Made by a program: the position numbers and the translations under genes. 64,000 bases of DNA from a virus. Each line of letters begins with the position of its first letter. The first letter of the stretch is position 1. The notes beneath the pieces are model-generated. The model made no database searches. It saw only the letters and a list, made by a program, of their open reading frames with translations, and was not told the DNA's origin. The DNA is taken from IMG/VR virus record IMGVR_UViG_3300009285_005282, positions 55,737 to 119,736 of that record; one strand, 5' to 3'. Positions 48,273 to 58,005 of this stretch are shown here, piece by piece.

Positions 48273-48308
48273 GGGCAGCAAAGGGGCCGGACAGTGGTAA
48301 CTGCAACC

Positions 48309-49133
48309 ATGAACGGACACGGTGTCGACCCCGATTACCTGCGCCTGTTGGGTAAGCGGGCCAGCGCCGAGCACGTACAACACGGTACGGGTCTTACCGA
48401 CGCCGTGACGTCCGTGCTACGCACCGAACCGGGGCTGACTCCGGAGCATGTCGCACGGGTAACGGAGTTTGCCAACCACGCGACCTTTGACACGCTGTTT
48501 GACAAGAGCGCCGGGCACAAGGTCGTCGACTTCACGGGCGGACCAGCCGATCGTGAACAGGTGCTGCGCGCCCTACGTGGTAGTCTCACGCCAGACGTCG
48601 AGAAGGCGGCGAGCTACACGCTGTTGCCGGAAGAGCAGTTTCTCCCGGGTGCGGAAGCACTGCGGTGGACTTCACCCCAACGGGTCAAGGTCGCACACGA
48701 GGACGTACGAACGGACACCCGTGGTGAACACCCCTTGCGGGTGATGTTCCAGCTCAAGGAAGCACGAGATGTGCTGTACGACCGCCTGCGGAAGCAGCAG
48801 CACCTCTATGAGAAGACCTCGGACGTGCTGCGCAAGGAGGCGCGGGCAGCGATCATGTCGGGCCACTCCCCGACAGAGATCTACCGCGTCTTCGACCTGC
48901 GGTCGCCACACCCTGTTCTGACCAAGCTCGCGCTGCAGGTTGCCGCATCGGGTGTGGAGGACCTGCCGGCAGTCCTGGAGAAGCGAGCGGAGCAGCGAAC
49001 GCCAAACGACGAGCATCCGCTCTGTGTGTCCTTCGACGACTTTGTGAAGATTGCCGCTGCGCAGTTCCAACTGATCGCCGCGGTGGACAGTGTAGACACG
49101 CAGATTCAGCACTGTAGGAGGAGCGCATGTTGA
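48309..49133 (+). CDS. Putative internal head protein, KxA-rich
   Basis: 9 of 12 lysines in K-x-A. Confidence 0.7.
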   Translation: MNGHGVDPDYLRLLGKRASAEHVQHGTGLTDAVTSVLRTEPGLTPEHVARVTEFANHATFDTLFDKSAGHKVVDFTGGPADREQVLRALRGSLTPDVEKAASYTLLPEEQFLPGAEALRWTSPQRVKVAHEDVRTDTRGEHPLRVMFQLKEARDVLYDRLRKQQHLYEKTSDVLRKEARAAIMSGHSPTEIYRVFDLRSPHPVLTKLALQVAASGVEDLPAVLEKRAEQRTPNDEHPLCVSFDDFVKIAAAQFQLIAAVDSVDTQIQHCRRSAC

Positions 49134-49525
49134 CCTCACACGGTTTGCTGCAAGCAGCAGAGATGGTTCGCCGTACGCTGGAGAAGCAAGCGGCCCTGGC
49201 GGATGCTACGGTCAACGCCGGCCGCGCCACTGGTGGTGCGATGGGGGCGTTGTACAACCTCGCCGGCACGGCAACGAAGGAAATCGGCGGGGGTACGCAG
49301 CACGTGCTCCGCCACATTCCCTACGTCGGTCCGGCTATTGGGTGGGGTGCGAACGCCGCTATCCGTGCGGTACCCTGGGCAGCCGGTGCTTACGGCGCGG
49401 TCAAGGCGGATGACGCCGCGGGACAGCCTGTCCGCGGAGCAGCGCGTCAGCTGTGGTTGGCGCATAAACTTCGACAGGCGCAGCGGGGGGCGACGTTCGA
49501 CCCGAACATGGGGGTGATGTACTGA
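49127..49525 (+). CDS. Gly/Ala-rich protein with leader ending EKQA (cargo family)
   Basis: AGGAGGAG RBS; RRTLEKQAA. Confidence 0.65.
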   Translation: MLTSHGLLQAAEMVRRTLEKQAALADATVNAGRATGGAMGALYNLAGTATKEIGGGTQHVLRHIPYVGPAIGWGANAAIRAVPWAAGAYGAVKADDAAGQPVRGAARQLWLAHKLRQAQRGATFDPNMGVMY

Positions 49526-50322
49526 TGAACCCCATCGACCGCTTCCTCAGTAACGAACCGGAAGAGCAAGTCAAGACGGCGGGCTTCTGGGGCTCCTTGG
49601 GAAAGTTCGTCGAGAAGAACCAGGGCGTTACCGCTGCGGCGCTCACTGTCGCCGCCCCGGCCGTTGTCCTGGGTGTCCAACACGGTCTTGGGCAGCTCAA
49701 ACAGGTGGTGGACCGCAGCCGTGGCTTCAAGGCCATGATGGCTTCGGGCGGGCAGGAACTTCAGGACATGCCTGCTGCACGGGCGAAGTCGTTGTACAAC
49801 ACGTTGCACGTGGTAGCACCCACCCTGGCGCAGGACCCCAACATCGCCAAGTCATGGGTCAAACGTATGGCGTACCAAGAGGAGTACGTCGACCCAAAAA
49901 CCCTCAGCGACTTGGCAACCGCTGAGAGCCGCCTTGCCAAGGGGCTTGAGTATCCTGGTGCCCAGGTGGGACTGGCGCTTGGACAGCAGGTGGGTGCCTA
50001 CGACTTCACGCGTGCCCCCCGTGAGCAACGGGCAGCTCAGGAGCACGGGTGGAAGGGTCAGCAGGAGGTTCGGCAAGCAACTGAGCATGGGTGGAAGGGT
50101 AATCTAGAAGCTCGACAAGCGACTGAGCACGGGTGGAAGGGTCAGCAGGAAAGTCGGCAAGCAACTGAGCATGGGTGGAAAAACACGATAGTGGACCACG
50201 AGCACGCGCTGACCCGTATGCAGTACGACCAGATGCTGGACAAGCTGCGGTATGGTGCGCCCACCGAGCAAAATCCGAAGCCCGGGTACTTTCCAGACCC
50301 TGGCTACAACCGCACTCCATGA
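49525..50322 (+). CDS. Virion protein with leader ending VKTA and a 14-aa tandem repeat
   Basis: MNPIDRFLSNEPEEQVKTAG; hydrophobic segment; 4x EHGWK. Confidence 0.65.
   Translation: MNPIDRFLSNEPEEQVKTAGFWGSLGKFVEKNQGVTAAALTVAAPAVVLGVQHGLGQLKQVVDRSRGFKAMMASGGQELQDMPAARAKSLYNTLHVVAPTLAQDPNIAKSWVKRMAYQEEYVDPKTLSDLATAESRLAKGLEYPGAQVGLALGQQVGAYDFTRAPREQRAAQEHGWKGQQEVRQATEHGWKGNLEARQATEHGWKGQQESRQATEHGWKNTIVDHEHALTRMQYDQMLDKLRYGAPTEQNPKPGYFPDPGYNRTP
50032..50184 (+). repeat. In-frame 42-nt tandem repeat (x4)
   Basis: gagca[ct]gggtggaa at 50041, 50083, 50125, 50167. Confidence 0.9.
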
Positions 50323-53300
50323 TCGTCAAGCAATGCCAGTTCGCGGGGCGGGATGACACTGGGGAGCATATCCACCTTCTTCACCCCGGGTATGACAATT
50401 TCGAGCTCATGAAAACTGCCTCCGAGGAGGTCTCCCCACCGCAGCTCGAACGGGTGCGGGCGTTGATGCGCGATCTACCTCGGGAGACTGGGCGACTGTA
50501 CGCGCTGATCAGCGCCTTGGGAGCTTCCGAGTACTGGGGCTCGAATTCAAACGCTGATGACTTCGACACGGAGGCATTGGTGCGTGTACCGCCCGGTTGG
50601 TGGGAGCTACCCTACGAACAGCAGGTGCAGCTTGGAAAGAGGTGGGAGTGGGGATTCCCGACCTTTTACAACGCACATCTTTTCGCACACCACTGCTTTG
50701 TTGGGGGCACGCCAATCGTTATGGGGGACCGCACGCGCATCCCTATTGACCGGGTTCGTGCCGGTGACCTTGTGGCTACGCGAACAGGTCCCAAGAAGGT
50801 CACCCGCACTACTTCAAGAAAGTACGTCGGTGTTGGCACAGCGCTGACATTACAAGGGGTAGACACCCCGTTAGTTGGGACGCCGGACCACCCTGTTCTG
50901 GTACTGCGCCGTAAACAGGTTCATTGTCGCCACAAGTACAATAAGCTCGCGGCGTCAGAGCACCTAGCGCAGTGTGTGCAGGCACGAGAACCGATAGGTG
51001 CCCCTCAATGGGTGCCATTGGGAGAGGTACAGTTGGGAGATTACCTCCTAACGCCCGGTCCTATAACCGGAATCGAGACGCTTGAGCCTGAGTTTGCAGA
51101 GCTAGTAGGCTGGGTGGCCGCGGACGGGTATCTCGGCAAGAGGGGAACTATTCAATTTTCGTTTTCTTCAACGGGGGAAAAGCTAACATTGGTTGAACAG
51201 TGCCTTCGACGGAACAAATTACACGTAGGTGTGACCCCCCGTCTGCAGTACGGCGTGACGATGCTCAGCGCGTGCAGCGCAGCGCTCTCAAAACGCGTGC
51301 GTTGCTACGTAGTTGGGACAACTTCCGAGAAGCGACTAACCGCTGAAGTTCTCAAGTGGGACGTCGAAGCAAGACTGCAGTTGATTGGCGCCTATAGTGA
51401 CGGAGACGGATGTGTAACACCGGCAGAACTGCCTAACCGGGGGCAACTTCGGATTCGTAGCGCGTCCTCTCAAATGCTCTTTCTTCTTGCGGACTTAGCC
51501 CGTTCTCTGGGGGTGGCCGGAAGTATAAATTGGGATAGTCCCAGCGGTCCGATGATTTCTCCAACAAACGGGAAACAGTATTGGGGCGGTCCTTCCGGCT
51601 GTCTGGCGGTTGGGGCTAGCGGCGCAGCGGACCTGCTCAAGACCTGTCAGCGACTCAAGCCCGTAGCTCCGTATAGAAATTGCAGAGTTTACCCGTTTGA
51701 AGGCAGCATGTTCCTGGTGAAGGTGGTAGACAGCGATCCGGTTGAATTGAACGAGAACGTGTTCAACCTGGAGGTTGAAGATGAGCATGAGTATATCGCC
51801 AACGAAGTAGTCGTTCATAACTGTAACAAAGATCCCAATCGAGCGTTCGGGGACATTATCCATTCCGATTGGGACTCCCGAATGCACCGGGTGCTGCTCG
51901 TTGGCGCGTTTGACCACGATCGCGCACGTCGGTTTGGCGGACAGTCCGCGGTCGAACGTCTGGAGAACGGGGAATACCTTTCGGTCTCGATGGGTACAAA
52001 AGTTCCTTTCGATCTTTGCAGCTACTGTGTGGACTACGCTCGGGTGCTTCCACTACGCCCCCACCCCCAGCAAATTTTAGCTGAGCATCGCCAGAACCCA
52101 ATACGCGGTCTGAACGTCACCATCCGTGACTACTGCGAACACCTACGTCGGGAGAAGAACCACATTTACCCCAACGGGGTACGGGTCAGTATGCTGAACT
52201 GGCATCCACGTTTCTTCGACCTGTCCTGCGTGTTTGTGGGTGCCGACAAAACCTCGTTCGTCCTGGCCAAACTTGCGCACGAGTGCCCAATCCGTCCGGG
52301 GGTCAAAGAGTGTGGTAACTGCCCCCACGAAGAGTGTGTTCCATCGGCCCACGTACACGAGGTCTGGAGCAGGGACATGCAGAAAACAGCGAGCCCCACT
52401 GTGGACCTGCTAGCGCAGCGCCTTCAAGAGGCACGGGCCAAAACCGCTACCGCCAACAAGTCGGCGTTCGACAAGCAGTCGGAGATCTACAAGGACGTTC
52501 CTCCCAACGTGGGTCAGGTGCTGGCGCCGGTCACGGACGCCGAGCCCGACCTTCCAGAGGAGGTTGTGCGGGAGATGGCCCAGGACCCGGAGAACACACT
52601 GGCCTCCGGGCTGTCGATGGGGGTCATCGCCAAACCTCACGAGTTCCAACGGGTGATGCTCCACTCTACCAGGCGCGGTGACCTGGCTGAGGACTTGGAG
52701 CAACGCGGGTTGACGTTCCGTACCGGCGCACCTCCAGAGGGGTTCTGCCTGGGACGGGAGCTCCTCCCGCGCATCCTGGAGCTGCTTCTACCGTTGGTGG
52801 CGGCGCGCAGTATGCTGTCGCGTCCGCTGGCCAAACGAATCATCGCCACCGGCGGGCGAACGGGGGACATGATCCACCTCCACCTACGCGCCGACGCTGA
52901 CACACCGGACGCGGCGTTGGAGATGGCCTTTCAGAAGTGGTTGGGCGCTCGTCGTGAAGCCAACCGTACCCGCACGGCGTTGGAGGACCCGCTCATGGAC
53001 AAGCTGAGCGCAGCGTACTCCGCCTACCGGCGCGACGCGGTTTACGCAGCACCGGAGCTGCTGCGTCGAGGACTGTTGGAGCACACCAAGCTAGCGGAAG
53101 CGCTGTGTGATAGCGACCTTTACACCCCCGGGCTTGCCAAGACGGCGGGGGACGTGCTTGAATTAGTTGGAATGGCGTCCGTCGCGTACCTCAACGGAGC
53201 ATATTTGAAGGAACCTGCTTCGCAGTATGTGGCGACGCACTGTAACCTGTCCGGCCTGGAAAAGGCAGCCGGACTAGCACGGCTGAGTGGGGTCGCGTAG
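50319..53300 (+). CDS. Prohead maturation protease (HK97/assemblin-like) with intein and KxA-rich C-terminal extension
   Basis: ATGA overlap at 50319; spliced FAHH|CNKD...VSMGTKVPFDLCSYC...FFDLSCVFVGAD; upstream of capsid. Confidence 0.75.
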   Translation: MIVKQCQFAGRDDTGEHIHLLHPGYDNFELMKTASEEVSPPQLERVRALMRDLPRETGRLYALISALGASEYWGSNSNADDFDTEALVRVPPGWWELPYEQQVQLGKRWEWGFPTFYNAHLFAHHCFVGGTPIVMGDRTRIPIDRVRAGDLVATRTGPKKVTRTTSRKYVGVGTALTLQGVDTPLVGTPDHPVLVLRRKQVHCRHKYNKLAASEHLAQCVQAREPIGAPQWVPLGEVQLGDYLLTPGPITGIETLEPEFAELVGWVAADGYLGKRGTIQFSFSSTGEKLTLVEQCLRRNKLHVGVTPRLQYGVTMLSACSAALSKRVRCYVVGTTSEKRLTAEVLKWDVEARLQLIGAYSDGDGCVTPAELPNRGQLRIRSASSQMLFLLADLARSLGVAGSINWDSPSGPMISPTNGKQYWGGPSGCLAVGASGAADLLKTCQRLKPVAPYRNCRVYPFEGSMFLVKVVDSDPVELNENVFNLEVEDEHEYIANEVVVHNCNKDPNRAFGDIIHSDWDSRMHRVLLVGAFDHDRARRFGGQSAVERLENGEYLSVSMGTKVPFDLCSYCVDYARVLPLRPHPQQILAEHRQNPIRGLNVTIRDYCEHLRREKNHIYPNGVRVSMLNWHPRFFDLSCVFVGADKTSFVLAKLAHECPIRPGVKECGNCPHEECVPSAHVHEVWSRDMQKTASPTVDLLAQRLQEARAKTATANKSAFDKQSEIYKDVPPNVGQVLAPVTDAEPDLPEEVVREMAQDPENTLASGLSMGVIAKPHEFQRVMLHSTRRGDLAEDLEQRGLTFRTGAPPEGFCLGRELLPRILELLLPLVAARSMLSRPLAKRIIATGGRTGDMIHLHLRADADTPDAALEMAFQKWLGARREANRTRTALEDPLMDKLSAAYSAYRRDAVYAAPELLRRGLLEHTKLAEALCDSDLYTPGLAKTAGDVLELVGMASVAYLNGAYLKEPASQYVATHCNLSGLEKAAGLARLSGVA
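50694..51821 (+). mobile_element. Intein 4 (376 aa) with LAGLIDADG endonuclease in protease
   Basis: CFVGGTPI..., TPDHP, VGWVAADG, GAYSDGDG, ends VVHN with +1 Cys. Confidence 0.92.
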
Positions 53301-53351
53301 GATCGGACGATCCAGAGACCGCCAACCTGCTGGCCGGTAGGAGAGGATGAG

Positions 53352-54188
53352 ATGAACGAGTTTTTGGCGAATTACTACGGTACCGTAGCCCAAACGCAGG
53401 CCCCTTCCGCCAACGACGAGTTGGAGAAGATGGCCGAACTGACCCTGCTCGCGCAGGAGGCCCAAGCTCAGGGCCTGTCCCTGGAAGGCGTTCCCGAGGA
53501 CGAGCTGCTCAAGATCGCCCACGACCTGTACGGCGGCCCGGACGCCCAGATGGAGAAGGACGCCGAGGCCATGTTGAGGGAGTTCGAGCTCGGCGGGCAG
53601 ATCATGGCCCACGCCTTCACTCGGGAAATGCAAGAAATCGAGAAGGCCGCCGGGATCGGAGAGTGGGCAGGTCGAGCGGGGACTGCGATCAAGAACGCTC
53701 CCGGAACGGTCGCGGAGCATCTCGGTGCGCCTCTCATGGACAAGAGGACGGTAGCGCAGGCTATCGCAGAGTCGCGAGAGGCGGCACGTCAGACCGCCGG
53801 TGCCGCTTACGGCAGCTTGTCCCCCACGGCACAGCGGGAGTTCGATCAGCACGCGCACACGCTAGCCAGTCAGCGGCTGAGCGCGGCGGCACGCAAACGC
53901 GGGTACGCTGCGGCCGGAACCGCGACCGGAGTGGCGGGGCTGGGCGGTGGGGCGATTGCCCTACGCAACCGCGGCAACTCCGAAGAGATGCCCAAGGAGG
54001 GAGCGGCCTTCGATCAACTGGTCGCGCAGCGCGCCTACGAGCACCTGAAGACCGCCGGCTACGACGCCGACGCCTTCTTCGGTGTCGACCAGACGAAGAC
54101 CGCTGCGGATGAGCTGAACATGGCAGTCGACACCGCCGCCCTCCAGTTCTTGGAGGCTCACGGCGTGCCGGTGCAGTGGAATCGCTGA
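53352..54188 (+). CDS. KxA-rich head protein with internal Gly-rich cassette
   Basis: 7 of 10 lysines in K-x-A. Confidence 0.7.
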   Translation: MNEFLANYYGTVAQTQAPSANDELEKMAELTLLAQEAQAQGLSLEGVPEDELLKIAHDLYGGPDAQMEKDAEAMLREFELGGQIMAHAFTREMQEIEKAAGIGEWAGRAGTAIKNAPGTVAEHLGAPLMDKRTVAQAIAESREAARQTAGAAYGSLSPTAQREFDQHAHTLASQRLSAAARKRGYAAAGTATGVAGLGGGAIALRNRGNSEEMPKEGAAFDQLVAQRAYEHLKTAGYDADAFFGVDQTKTAADELNMAVDTAALQFLEAHGVPVQWNR

Positions 54189-54195
54189 GCAGGAC

Positions 54196-54468
54196 ATGCT
54201 TCGGGTGGAGTATCTGGCAGCAATGATGCGTGAGTTGCTCAAGATGGCAGCTAGCCCCATCGGTGCGGTCAGAGCCCCAACGGTGCCTGGTGTACCGTTG
54301 GGGCGACTCACCCCGAAAGCTCCTGTACCGGTGACTCCGAACTTGGCGAAGGGCGCACCTGGAATGGTGCAACGGACAAATTACACCGCGGTCGCCGCTC
54401 GACCAGCGGCAGTGAATCACGAGCTCACCGCCGGGCAGAAGGCCATGCCGCTCCCAGTGGTGCAGTGA
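54196..54468 (+). CDS. Small Pro-rich protein with RELLKMA leader
   Basis: YLAAMMRELLKMAA. Confidence 0.6.
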   Translation: MLRVEYLAAMMRELLKMAASPIGAVRAPTVPGVPLGRLTPKAPVPVTPNLAKGAPGMVQRTNYTAVAARPAAVNHELTAGQKAMPLPVVQ

Positions 54469-54479
54469 GGAGGCAGGGA

Positions 54480-55907
54480 ATGTTGTCCCTCAACGATCTA
54501 ATCCAGCAAGCGCTGCTGGATGGCCGTCACGGGGCGCTCTCCAAGATCGCTGAGGAGACGTCCGGTGAGGCAAGCAGCGAGTCCTGTGTCGATTGTGGCC
54601 GACCCGCCATTCCGGGCCAACAGCTCTGTCAGGACTGTGCCCAGCGGCGACTCGGCTCGGAGCAGGCAGCCGCGGCCACCAGCGAAGTCGAGAAGACCTC
54701 TTCGGCGCGAGTGGAGCGGCTGGCGAGCGCGGTCGACTTTGCGCTGCGTAACCCGTCCTGGGTAAGCAGCTACGTGAAGCTGGCCGAGGGTGATGGCCCC
54801 GGTGAGGGCGCGGGGGCGCTCGACATGGACCTGACAGCGCCCACGGTCGGCCTTGGTCCGGCCTCTTACCAAGGGTCGAAGGTCAACGCTATCCCGCTGA
54901 CCCCCCCGATGGAGTCCGGCGTGGCTGGCGGGCCGGCCACGGCGATGGGCACGGATATGGACGATACCCCCGGCGGGACCGAGTCTGGTGTGACCAACAA
55001 CATGGGGTCTGCCAAGGTGGCAACGTCGGCTCTCGGTGGCGCTATAGCCGGTGGTCTGCTGGGTACGGGTGTAGGAGCCGGTGTTGGGGCGCTGAGCGCT
55101 CCGAAAGGGCAGCGAGCGGAGGGGGCACGTCGCGGGGCGTTGATCGGGAGCGCCACGGGACTCGTAGGTGGGGGTCTTACGGGGGCAGCTGCCGCGAGCC
55201 GTCTAGCACGTACGCCTGAGGAGGCGCGTACGCTGCAGGGGATGCGCGAGCTGGGGTTCAGAGCGGGCCGCGGCGACCAGGTAGCGCAGCAAACGCTGCA
55301 AGAAGCGCAAAAAATTCTCCGAACGCCGGCCCCGAGGGAACGCGGTGCGAGCATTGCGGGCGCCATCATCGGCGCGGGGGGTGCTATCGGCGGGGGTATC
55401 GCTGCTGGACGTACCGTTCGCAGGCCCGATGCGGAGCAGGTGTCCCCCAAGGTGGCAGCGATACATCGTGTGATGCTCAAACGGGCTCAGCCCGAGGCAG
55501 AAAGTGCTCTACCGGAGAACCGGCCAGATCCGATGGTGCGCCCGGCGGAGGCAACCAGCCAGATGAAGCTGCTCGCGACCAACGAGGCAGCGATCAACTT
55601 CACTCCTCGTGATGCGGCTGTGGTGCCGAAGAAGCAAATGGGCGAGATGCTCGACGAACCCATGCAGAGCGCCTTGGGGGATTCAGCCCTCAAGGATCAG
55701 CTCGGCGCGGCGCTCGTCAACGAAGCTGGGGCCAAGGTCGCCAGCGCGCGACAGACCGTAGCTTCGCTGCTGAAGGTTGCGGGTGAGGGTTGCTCTTGTG
55801 GCTCCCACGGAACCTGCACCTTCTGCAAGGTTGCTTCATTGGCCGAACGGAAGCGGGCTCGACAGGCCGGTGTCGGGAACGCAGTCGTTCCAACGCGGGG
55901 TCGGTAG
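54480..55907 (+). CDS. KxA-rich head/scaffold-like protein with glycine-zipper cassette and Zn motifs
   Basis: 9 of 17 lysines in K-x-A; CVDC..CQDC; CSC...CTFC. Confidence 0.7.
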   Translation: MLSLNDLIQQALLDGRHGALSKIAEETSGEASSESCVDCGRPAIPGQQLCQDCAQRRLGSEQAAAATSEVEKTSSARVERLASAVDFALRNPSWVSSYVKLAEGDGPGEGAGALDMDLTAPTVGLGPASYQGSKVNAIPLTPPMESGVAGGPATAMGTDMDDTPGGTESGVTNNMGSAKVATSALGGAIAGGLLGTGVGAGVGALSAPKGQRAEGARRGALIGSATGLVGGGLTGAAAASRLARTPEEARTLQGMRELGFRAGRGDQVAQQTLQEAQKILRTPAPRERGASIAGAIIGAGGAIGGGIAAGRTVRRPDAEQVSPKVAAIHRVMLKRAQPEAESALPENRPDPMVRPAEATSQMKLLATNEAAINFTPRDAAVVPKKQMGEMLDEPMQSALGDSALKDQLGAALVNEAGAKVASARQTVASLLKVAGEGCSCGSHGTCTFCKVASLAERKRARQAGVGNAVVPTRGR

Positions 55908-55916
55908 GAGAACGAC

Positions 55917-56276
55917 ATGGAAAAGGTTTCAGCACAACAAGTCCTACGCGTGCTCCGAGAGGTGCCCCCTACCCTTCGTAAGCTCGCTGCCGAGCGTGAC
56001 CAGCTCGCCCAGGAGAACCATCAGCTCCGAACGAAGCTGAACCAAACTCTCCTGAACGACCGGGTCGAGAAGCTGGCGCACGAGCTGCACGCCAAACACC
56101 TGCATCAGGGACGCTCCATGGCTCAGACCAGGGAGATCCTGTTGCAGAAGGCGGCGAGTGGCGATCTGCGGGTGGTCGAGGAGGCGATGAAGATCGCTGC
56201 CTCCCCGTCCGTACTGGGATCGGTGGGTGAGGTGCCCTCCGGAGGGAACCGACTGGAGGAGTTCGTTCTCAGCTGA
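55917..56276 (+). CDS. Putative scaffolding protein
   Basis: Coiled coil, KLA/KAA/KIA sites, two genes before capsid. Confidence 0.55.
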   Translation: MEKVSAQQVLRVLREVPPTLRKLAAERDQLAQENHQLRTKLNQTLLNDRVEKLAHELHAKHLHQGRSMAQTREILLQKAASGDLRVVEEAMKIAASPSVLGSVGEVPSGGNRLEEFVLS

Positions 56277-56314
56277 CCCCTGGGTAACGACAGGATCACA
56301 AGGAGTGAGGTAAA

Positions 56315-56782
56315 ATGGCAGTCACGTTTCGTTTGGTGGGACCGTACACCCACCTGAGCCTCCCGGTGATGAATTTCGCCCCGGAGGACCCGACTCTGCT
56401 CAACTACAACAACGCGAACCCGTTGGAGCAGGGGGAGTTTCTGACCATCAACGCCAACTATCGTGTCGCGCGCGCTGCCAATCCTGGTGCGCGTCCCGGT
56501 CCCTACCCGCTCTTCACTGAGAAGGGAAGGTCGGATACCCAGGGTATTGCTGGCGGCAAGGTCGCCGTCATCGTGGGTGGCGGTTACATCGCCGAGTCGA
56601 AGATCATCAACGTGGCCGCAGCCCCCGCGCTGGGCGCCGCGTTGGAGGTCGCCAACATCACGTGGAGTGCGCTCACCAAGAGCGGGCTCCAAACTTTCGC
56701 CACCGGTGTCATCGTTGGCTATGTACTACGCCCCGCCGCCTCCAACGACGGCTGGCTGCAGTACATCTCGATGACGGTGTGA
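56315..56782 (+). CDS. Putative capsid decoration/cement protein
   Basis: 155-aa beta-rich protein immediately before MCP; EKGRSDTQG..GKVAVI. Confidence 0.55.
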   Translation: MAVTFRLVGPYTHLSLPVMNFAPEDPTLLNYNNANPLEQGEFLTINANYRVARAANPGARPGPYPLFTEKGRSDTQGIAGGKVAVIVGGGYIAESKIINVAAAPALGAALEVANITWSALTKSGLQTFATGVIVGYVLRPAASNDGWLQYISMTV

Positions 56783-56793
56783 GGAGAGATACC

Positions 56794-57927
56794 ATGAGCG
56801 CAATACCGAATGATGTGTTCAACCGTCTCTTCATGGACAAGCTCAGCACCACCGAGGGTCAAGAGAAGATCGCGGAGTACGGTGGCGAGTACATCCGTGA
56901 CCACCTGCGTGAGGCGCAGTTCTCCCGAGGGATCATCCCGCCGGAGAACATTTCCGCGAACGACCCGCGGGTTCAGATCTCCATGAATCACGACACCCTG
57001 GTCGTCTTGGAGATGCTGGAGCCGCAAAGTCGAGCCATGGCGCTCAACTTCCGTGGTGTCGCGGACGTGCAGCTCATCCGGGCGTCCCGCATGGAGATCC
57101 CGTTCTTCATGATCAGCAGCCTCCGGTTTGAGGCTTACGAGGAGGAGTTGCTGGTGTACCGCAACTTCAAACTCACCAAGATCCTGGAGGACAACCTCGG
57201 CAAGGACATCGGAGACGTCGAGGACCGTGAGTTCACGATCCACGTCGACGCCGCCGTCCAGGCCCTGCAACAGGAGGCGAATGGCGGGGTGGTGACGTCG
57301 CTGCACCAAACCACCATTGCGGCCGGCACCGTCGTGGAGACGGGGGTGCGCAAGGGTGAGCTCGCCCGAGTAGACGCCAACAACAACGCCGTGGTGTGGC
57401 CAATGCAACGGCCCGACGTCGTCAGCGGCCACAAGCTGCTCGACGGTACTCGGCGGCGGTGCGAGAAGGTCCTGCTCAGCGAATCGGACTTCGACGACAT
57501 CAACTCCTGGACCATCGACGACATGGGCTCGCCCAAAGAGTCGGAGTCTCTGATCGACGGGTTCAAGGGTCCGACCCTCATTGGACGCGGCTACGTGCGG
57601 ACCATCAAGACCGAGATCCTCAAGCCCGGCAACCTCTACTTCTTCACCGGGCCGGAGTGGCTGGGGCGGTTCTACATCCTGAACAACGTGAAGTTCTACA
57701 TCGACAAGGTGGGGAACAAACTCACGTTCTTCGCGTGGGAGGACATCGCCCTGTCACTGGTCAACATCGCCAGCGTGCGCAAGGTCGAGACCTACTCGGG
57801 TGACGCTACCGCGAACGACGCCAACGGCATTCGGGCAACGGTAAGCCCGGTCGCCGAGACGGCGCTTGGGGCGCAGTTCAACCGAGTGGACGACGGGGTG
57901 TTCTTCCCGCAGGTCAACTTCTTCTAG
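56794..57927 (+). CDS. Major capsid protein (probable HK97 fold)
   Basis: GAGGAG RBS; 377 aa; follows protease/scaffold; strongly biased codons; followed by strong terminator. Confidence 0.75.
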   Translation: MSAIPNDVFNRLFMDKLSTTEGQEKIAEYGGEYIRDHLREAQFSRGIIPPENISANDPRVQISMNHDTLVVLEMLEPQSRAMALNFRGVADVQLIRASRMEIPFFMISSLRFEAYEEELLVYRNFKLTKILEDNLGKDIGDVEDREFTIHVDAAVQALQQEANGGVVTSLHQTTIAAGTVVETGVRKGELARVDANNNAVVWPMQRPDVVSGHKLLDGTRRRCEKVLLSESDFDDINSWTIDDMGSPKESESLIDGFKGPTLIGRGYVRTIKTEILKPGNLYFFTGPEWLGRFYILNNVKFYIDKVGNKLTFFAWEDIALSLVNIASVRKVETYSGDATANDANGIRATVSPVAETALGAQFNRVDDGVFFPQVNFF

Positions 57928-57957
57928 GCCGTCCTGGGAGGAGAACGCGCTTTTACC

Positions 57958-57994
57958 GAGGCGCGGTGTCGTAACGGCGCCGCGCCTCTTTTTT
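57958..57994 (+). terminator. Intrinsic terminator after MCP
   Basis: gaggcgcggtgtcg-taa-cggcgccgcgcctc-tttttt. Confidence 0.85.
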
Positions 57995-58005
57995 CGGAGG
58001 TAACT

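Noticed and set aside
50032-50184. 42-nt repeats as a CRISPR array
   Set aside because: In-frame coding repeat, wobble variation in the repeat, spacers too short and similar
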